A DNA stretch of 64,000 nucleotides from Candidatus Fermentibacteraceae bacterium (GTDB lineage: Bacteria; Fermentibacterota; Fermentibacteria; Fermentibacterales; JCC-6). The number at the start of each line of letters is the position of its first letter. The stretch's first letter is position 1. The stretch is taken from positions 128,001-192,000 of the forward strand of contig JBGSZS010000019.1 in assembly GCA_041750285.1 (NCBI GenBank), written 5' to 3'. The notes under the pieces are model-generated. The model did not search any database. It was not told the DNA's origin and saw only the letters and a list, made by a program, of their open reading frames with translations. Both the position numbers and the translations under genes were made by a program. Shown in pieces: positions 59,324 to 64,000 of this stretch.

Positions 59324-61489
59324 CTAAATCCTGCCCGCCATGCGGGCTTTCAGCACCTCGAGCACCTCGGGAAGGTCCATGCCTATCTCCCTCATGTGCT
59401 CGGGCGTCGGGCACCCGTCCGGCGTCCAGCCCCGTCGTTTGAAAACGGCGTCGACCAGGGATTCGTACTGGCTCATCCGGTAGTCGCGGGTGATCTTGAC
59501 CTTCTCCGCAAGGCTTTTGCCCGCGGGGTCGATGCCAATCTTCTCCTTCATCTGCCTGTCGTACCGTTCCTCGCGGGCCAGGTACTCGTCTTCGAAAACC
59601 GGCCCCATGGCCCTGTAGGCAGGGTAGTCATCCTTCCTGTGGCCGTATCCCTGACGGATGTTGAACGTGCGCTGGAAGTTGTAGACCCTCTCGCTCTGTC
59701 TTACCAGGCCGTCCCAGGTCAGAGGTTCCCCGGTGATGGCTGTGTAGAGCCTGAAGTAGTTCTCCACATGTTCGGGAACCTTGTTGGGCTCGGGGTGCTT
59801 TCCGTTGTCGGCCGGCTCCACGTCGTTCCAGGGAAGCTTGCAAAGCCCCTGAAGGCCGAACCAGGTCCTGAACATGGGGAAGTAGTGGAGCGCTTCGGCC
59901 TTCTTCTCGAAGGTGGGGATGTGGTTGTTGACCATGTCCATGAAGATGAGCCAGGCTTCGTCGTGCTGCGGCCCCTTGTTGGTCAGGTAGTAGCCGCCCT
60001 GCTGGGCCAGGGATTCCTTCGAGATGTACTCGGACTGCTCCAGACCCTTTCCGTGAAGGGCTATGTCCTTCATGACCTGAGGGTCGGCGCCGTACTCCGA
60101 GACGAAGTACCCGGCCAGGAACTTGACGCCCTTTCCGGCAAGGACTCCGAAGCGCTTGCCGTCGGCCATGTCGTGCAGGATCTGGGCGGCGCCCTTCCAG
60201 TTTCCCCATGTCAGATCGATGCCGTCAGTACGTTCGGCGTTCAGCACCCCGAGTTCCCAGCACTCCATCAGGAAGCTTGTCATGGTGCCGAAACTGATGG
60301 TGTCTATTCCGTAAGTGTCACAGTAGAAGTTGAGCTCGACGATCCCCAGCGGGTCGTACACGTAGAGATTGCTGCCCACCCCGGCCGCGGTTTCGTACTC
60401 GGGCCCGTCGACACACACTTTCGAGCCCTTGTAGGGACCGGTCTGCAGTTCGTAATGATCCACAGCATGGGCGCACGCCATCGTGCAACCGTACCAGCAG
60501 CCATCGGGCAGGTTCTGGCTGAACAGCTTTTCCCAGACCCAGCTTGCTATCTCGTCACCCCTCGGGTCCTGGCCGTACTTGTGGTTCTTGGTGGGCAGGA
60601 GGTCGTAGTTGTTCATGATCTCCATGAGGTGGGCCGTACCCTGCTTGCGCATCTTGCACTGGGCGTCGTCGTTCACGACTATCTCGCGGTGCAGTTTCAA
60701 CCCAATGCGCTGAACCTCGGCGGGGTCAGCGGCGTTGTTCAGGTCGGGCTTCACGCCCGAGAATCGGCACACAAGGGCGCGGATCTTCTTGTCGCGGAGA
60801 ACGGTGCCTATGCCTCCCCTGCCGGCCTGCTTGACCCTGATGCCCTGACGCCTCTTGTCATACAGGCTGAAGTTCAGGATGCCCATCGGGGAGTGGTCCG
60901 CTCCCCGGCCGGCGCTCACCACCGAAACCGACTGGAGGTCCTTCTCATCACGTGCAAAGGCATGCGTGAGTTCCTCGGCCAGAAGGTGCGTGTCCTGCTG
61001 AAGGTTGGCCGGAGCCTCGAAGAACTGCACGGTCCCATTGTTGGAATCGATGAAGATGATGGTCTCGACGTCGGCCTTGCCCTGGAGCTCGAGGGCGTCC
61101 CAGCCGCCGAACTTGAAGTACGGGCCGAAGAACCCCCCGACGTTTGAGTCTATGGGAACCCCGGTCATGGGGGAGAGGCTGACCACAAGGCTCTTGCCGG
61201 ATCCAGGATAGTTGGTGTTCCCACCGATGGGACCCATTCCCATCACTATCTCGTTCTCGGGATCGTTCCACTTGGTGGAAGGTTTCGTCGCGTCCCACAG
61301 GAGCTTCAGACCGAAACCCTTGCCACCCGTGAACCGCTTCTTCATGTCTTCGGAAACAGGCTTCTCTGTGGCCTTCCTGGTTCCAACGTCGAGGTGAAGG
61401 GTACGCATGGCGTAGCCGCGCTGAATACTTTTTGGTTCAAAGTCGTACTGTCCCAGGAGCCTGAAGTCGGCGGCCTTGAAGGCGCTCAT
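59324..61489 (-). CDS. aor: Aldehyde:ferredoxin oxidoreductase (W/Mo-bisPPT family)
   Basis: DSNVGG.FG, QAGRGGIG, GCWYGCTMAC, GPEYET, CDTYGIDTISFG, GLCKLPW, RGW..DG.P. Confidence 0.9.
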   Translation of the reverse strand: MSAFKAADFRLLGQYDFEPKSIQRGYAMRTLHLDVGTRKATEKPVSEDMKKRFTGGKGFGLKLLWDATKPSTKWNDPENEIVMGMGPIGGNTNYPGSGKSLVVSLSPMTGVPIDSNVGGFFGPYFKFGGWDALELQGKADVETIIFIDSNNGTVQFFEAPANLQQDTHLLAEELTHAFARDEKDLQSVSVVSAGRGADHSPMGILNFSLYDKRRQGIRVKQAGRGGIGTVLRDKKIRALVCRFSGVKPDLNNAADPAEVQRIGLKLHREIVVNDDAQCKMRKQGTAHLMEIMNNYDLLPTKNHKYGQDPRGDEIASWVWEKLFSQNLPDGCWYGCTMACAHAVDHYELQTGPYKGSKVCVDGPEYETAAGVGSNLYVYDPLGIVELNFYCDTYGIDTISFGTMTSFLMECWELGVLNAERTDGIDLTWGNWKGAAQILHDMADGKRFGVLAGKGVKFLAGYFVSEYGADPQVMKDIALHGKGLEQSEYISKESLAQQGGYYLTNKGPQHDEAWLIFMDMVNNHIPTFEKKAEALHYFPMFRTWFGLQGLCKLPWNDVEPADNGKHPEPNKVPEHVENYFRLYTAITGEPLTWDGLVRQSERVYNFQRTFNIRQGYGHRKDDYPAYRAMGPVFEDEYLAREERYDRQMKEKIGIDPAGKSLAEKVKITRDYRMSQYESLVDAVFKRRGWTPDGCPTPEHMREIGMDLPEVLEVLKARMAGRI

Positions 61490-61947
61490 GAGTGGACCTC
61501 CTTCTTTCTCGCTGCCTCGGCAATTTCAAAGGGAAGCCGGGAGGCCGGGCTTTCTTCCTTCTCGGCGACCTCGAGGGCGTCGGCAGGGCAGGTCTTCACG
61601 CAGGCGCCGCAGGCGATGCATTTGAAAGGCGCCGGGTCGCCCGGGAAGTAGCGCATGGCCCCGATGGGGCAAACCGCCACGCATGCAAGGCACCCGACGC
61701 AAAGGCCCTTGTTTATCATCACGACGCCCTGGGCGTTCACGGTGATCGCCTGTGTCGGGCACTCGATGACGCACTTTCGGCACTCCTGATCGCATGCGAC
61801 CAGGTGGAATTTGCCCAGCCCCATCTGAAAGACCTGTATCCGGGATTTGGCCGGATCGTCCTCCTTGAAATAAAGGCGGGAGCATGTGGCCTGACAGGTC
61901 ATGCACCCCACGCACTTCTCGTCATGAAGCTTCAGGTACTTGATCAC
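61486..61947 (-). CDS. Multi-[4Fe-4S] ferredoxin subunit of AOR
   Basis: AGGAGG RBS + GTG; CVGCMTC...C, C..C..C...CP, CVGCLACVAVCP, CIACGACVKTCP. Confidence 0.88.
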   Translation of the reverse strand: MIKYLKLHDEKCVGCMTCQATCSRLYFKEDDPAKSRIQVFQMGLGKFHLVACDQECRKCVIECPTQAITVNAQGVVMINKGLCVGCLACVAVCPIGAMRYFPGDPAPFKCIACGACVKTCPADALEVAEKEESPASRLPFEIAEAARKKEVHS

Positions 61948-62064
61948 GGTTGTGAACCTCCTGTTCATATCGGATGCGATTGGCGCAACACATTGCAGCC
62001 TGAGCATATGAGAATACTGCGCCCGGCGGCGGTCGGGGTGTTGCGAACCCTGATGTATGGCAAA

Positions 62065-62093
62065 ACTATACGGGCATGGAGCGGTTTCAGCAA
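62065..62093 (-). promoter_or_regulatory. Putative sigma70 promoter of the ferredoxin-aor operon
   Basis: Minus strand TTGCTG-N17-TATAGT, implying a leader of roughly 110 nt. Confidence 0.45.
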
Positions 62094-62192
62094 CCGGAGC
62101 CGGAGGTTGTGCCACGTCCCCGGGGGTGATTACCGCGCCATGTATATTCCCGCAACGGGTCAGTTCATCTCAAACCCATCGTGGAGGTTCTC

Positions 62193-64000
62193 ATGTCTCC
62201 CCTTTTCGTGGCAACCGCACTTTTCACAATGCCTTCCCCGCCTCTCGCTCCCCGTATTCCCCACGACATCGAATCGCCCTTCGGAGTGAGGACTGACTTC
62301 TACTACTGGCTTCGGGACTCGGAAGACCCACGGGTCATCGAATACCTCGAAGCGGAGAACCTCTACGCGGAAGCGTTTCTTGCAGGGAACGGCGACATCA
62401 GGGAGACCCTGATCTCCGAAATGGCCGACAGGCTGCCCTCCGAGGATGCCTCGGTGCCCTGGGAACTCGACGGCTGGTGGTACGGCACCCGTTACGAGGC
62501 CGGGGCCGAGTATCCCGTGTACTTCAGGTGCATGGGGGCGCCCGACGGCCCGGAGAGCGTTCTTTTCGACATGAACGAACTTGCCCGGGACAGGGAGTAC
62601 TTCTCACTCGAAGGCATGAGCGTGAGCCCCGACGGCTTCATCGTTTCGCTGTGCATCGACACCCTAGGCGACCACAGGGGAATGATCGTCTTCCTCGACA
62701 CACGCGCCGGCGCCTTCCTTCCAGACACGCTCGACAACGCGAGCAGCGACATGGCGTGGGGGGCGGACAGCCGAACCTTCCTCTTCGGGTATCTTGACGA
62801 GACCCGTCGGACCGCCGGTTTCTCAAGGTACTCCCTCGGTTCGGGAGAGTCGCCCGAGAGCGTGTTCTTCGAGGCCGATTCGACGTTCTGGCCCTGGATG
62901 TACGAGTCTCGGAGCAGGGAGTGGATAGTCATCGGAACGGAAAGCACGGACACATCCGAGTTCTTCCTGATGCGTTCCGATCATCCTTCCGCATCGCCCA
63001 CGGTGGTGTTTCCCAGGGAACGGGGCGTGCTCTACTCACTCGAGTTCGCGGGGGATTCGCTTTACATACTCACGAACCGCGACGCCCTGAACTTCAGGCT
63101 CCTCCGCACCCTGCCTCCGGGGTGCCCGGAGATAACCGAAGTCCTTCCCCACGATCCCGATGTCCTTCTGGAGGGGATGGTCGGGTTCCGCAACCGGCTT
63201 GTCGTTATGGACAGGTCGTCGGGAAGGCAGGGGCTTCGCATACTGGCCGTTCCCGATGGTGAATGGCTGCGGGTTGAGCTGCCGGATGAACCGGCTTCCA
63301 TCTATTCCTCCGCCAACCACGAATACGATTCGGACTCGTTCCGTTTCGAGTTCTCATCATTCGTCACACCCTGGTCAACCGTATCGTGCGACCTTCCCAC
63401 GGGGGAGCTCACGTTCCTGAAGACCGATTCGGTGGCGGGCTACGATCCTTCGCTCTATGAGACCGAATTCCTCACGGCTCCCGCGCCCGACGGCGAGATG
63501 GTGCCGGTCTCACTGGTCTACCGCCGCGACCTTTTCAGCCCCGGCGGTAATCCCCTGCTCCTCTACGGTTACGGAGCGTACGGGTACAGCAACGACCCCA
63601 TGTTCAGTTCAAGCGCGCTCAGCCTTCTGGACAGGGGCTTCGTGTACGCCATCGCCCATGTGAGGGGTGGACAGGAGCTTGGCCGCAGGTGGTACCTCGA
63701 CGGCATGCTTCTCTCCAAGAGGAACACTTTCACCGACTTCATTGCCTGCGCCGAGTACCTGGGTGAAACCGGCTGGTGCGATCCCGGCAGGATGTTCGGC
63801 ATGGGTGAGTCGGCGGGTGGTCTTCTCATCGGAGCGGTTGCGAACATGCGCCCCGATCTCTGGCGAGGTCTCGTTGCGGGAGTGCCCTTCGTTGACGTCG
63901 TTACGACGATGATGGACGAGTCCATCCCCCTGACGACCGGAGAGTACAGCGAGTGGGGAAACCCGGCCGACCGGGAATCCTACGGGTACATGCTGTCCTA
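62193..64000 (+). CDS. ptrB: Oligopeptidase B (S9A), 3'-partial
   Basis: Missing from the ORF track because it runs off the window. My translation from ATG 62193 (GGAGG RBS) gives D.YYWLRD, YLEAEN, LLYGYGAYG, LLDRGFVYAIAHVRGG, GESAGG, VPFVDV, PLTTGEYSEWGNP. Confidence 0.92.
   Translation, partial: MSPLFVATALFTMPSPPLAPRIPHDIESPFGVRTDFYYWLRDSEDPRVIEYLEAENLYAEAFLAGNGDIRETLISEMADRLPSEDASVPWELDGWWYGTRYEAGAEYPVYFRCMGAPDGPESVLFDMNELARDREYFSLEGMSVSPDGFIVSLCIDTLGDHRGMIVFLDTRAGAFLPDTLDNASSDMAWGADSRTFLFGYLDETRRTAGFSRYSLGSGESPESVFFEADSTFWPWMYESRSREWIVIGTESTDTSEFFLMRSDHPSASPTVVFPRERGVLYSLEFAGDSLYILTNRDALNFRLLRTLPPGCPEITEVLPHDPDVLLEGMVGFRNRLVVMDRSSGRQGLRILAVPDGEWLRVELPDEPASIYSSANHEYDSDSFRFEFSSFVTPWSTVSCDLPTGELTFLKTDSVAGYDPSLYETEFLTAPAPDGEMVPVSLVYRRDLFSPGGNPLLLYGYGAYGYSNDPMFSSSALSLLDRGFVYAIAHVRGGQELGRRWYLDGMLLSKRNTFTDFIACAEYLGETGWCDPGRMFGMGESAGGLLIGAVANMRPDLWRGLVAGVPFVDVVTTMMDESIPLTTGEYSEWGNPADRESYGYMLS

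Noticed and set aside
59396..61147. Long antisense ORFs (also 694-1800, 1855-3111, 21604-22698, 22921-24714, 27478-29043, 34885-36258)
   Set aside because: Shadow frames opposite well-supported genes in GC-rich DNA, with no recognisable motifs.
61981..61997. sigma54-like TGGCGC...TTGCA site
   Set aside because: GG-to-GC spacing is one base too long for a -24/-12 promoter.

Overview
GC-rich bacterial chromosome window with about 51 tightly packed, often translationally coupled CDSs. I saw no rRNA, tRNA, CRISPR array or mobile element. The content points to an anaerobic, diderm, peptide/sugar-fermenting bacterium of the wider FCB group, plausibly Fermentibacterota-like (inference). It includes pckA, ppdK, a tungsten-type aldehyde:ferredoxin oxidoreductase with ferredoxin, oligopeptidase B, a lipid A acyltransferase, LolC/E, a porin, two tandem gingipain/PorU-like C25 proteins, T9SS-type-A-CTD cargo proteins, a small NDP-sugar cluster, a DUF6504-dinB-DUF72 cassette and two diguanylate cyclases. 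The standout is a minus-strand gene at 54126-54746 that the ORF track truncates. It has a strong RBS and signal peptide, an in-frame TGA in a C-A-S-(TGA) (CxxU) motif, and a hairpin with E. coli fdhF-like SECIS geometry directly after the TGA. This makes it a candidate secreted selenoprotein of a family I do not recognise. Its C-terminal tail (AL-x3-S[WF]G-x-IK-x-L[FW]) is shared with an otherwise dissimilar secreted protein at 48281-48886, which suggests a second C-terminal sorting signal alongside the T9SS-like CTDs and the two PorU-like enzymes.
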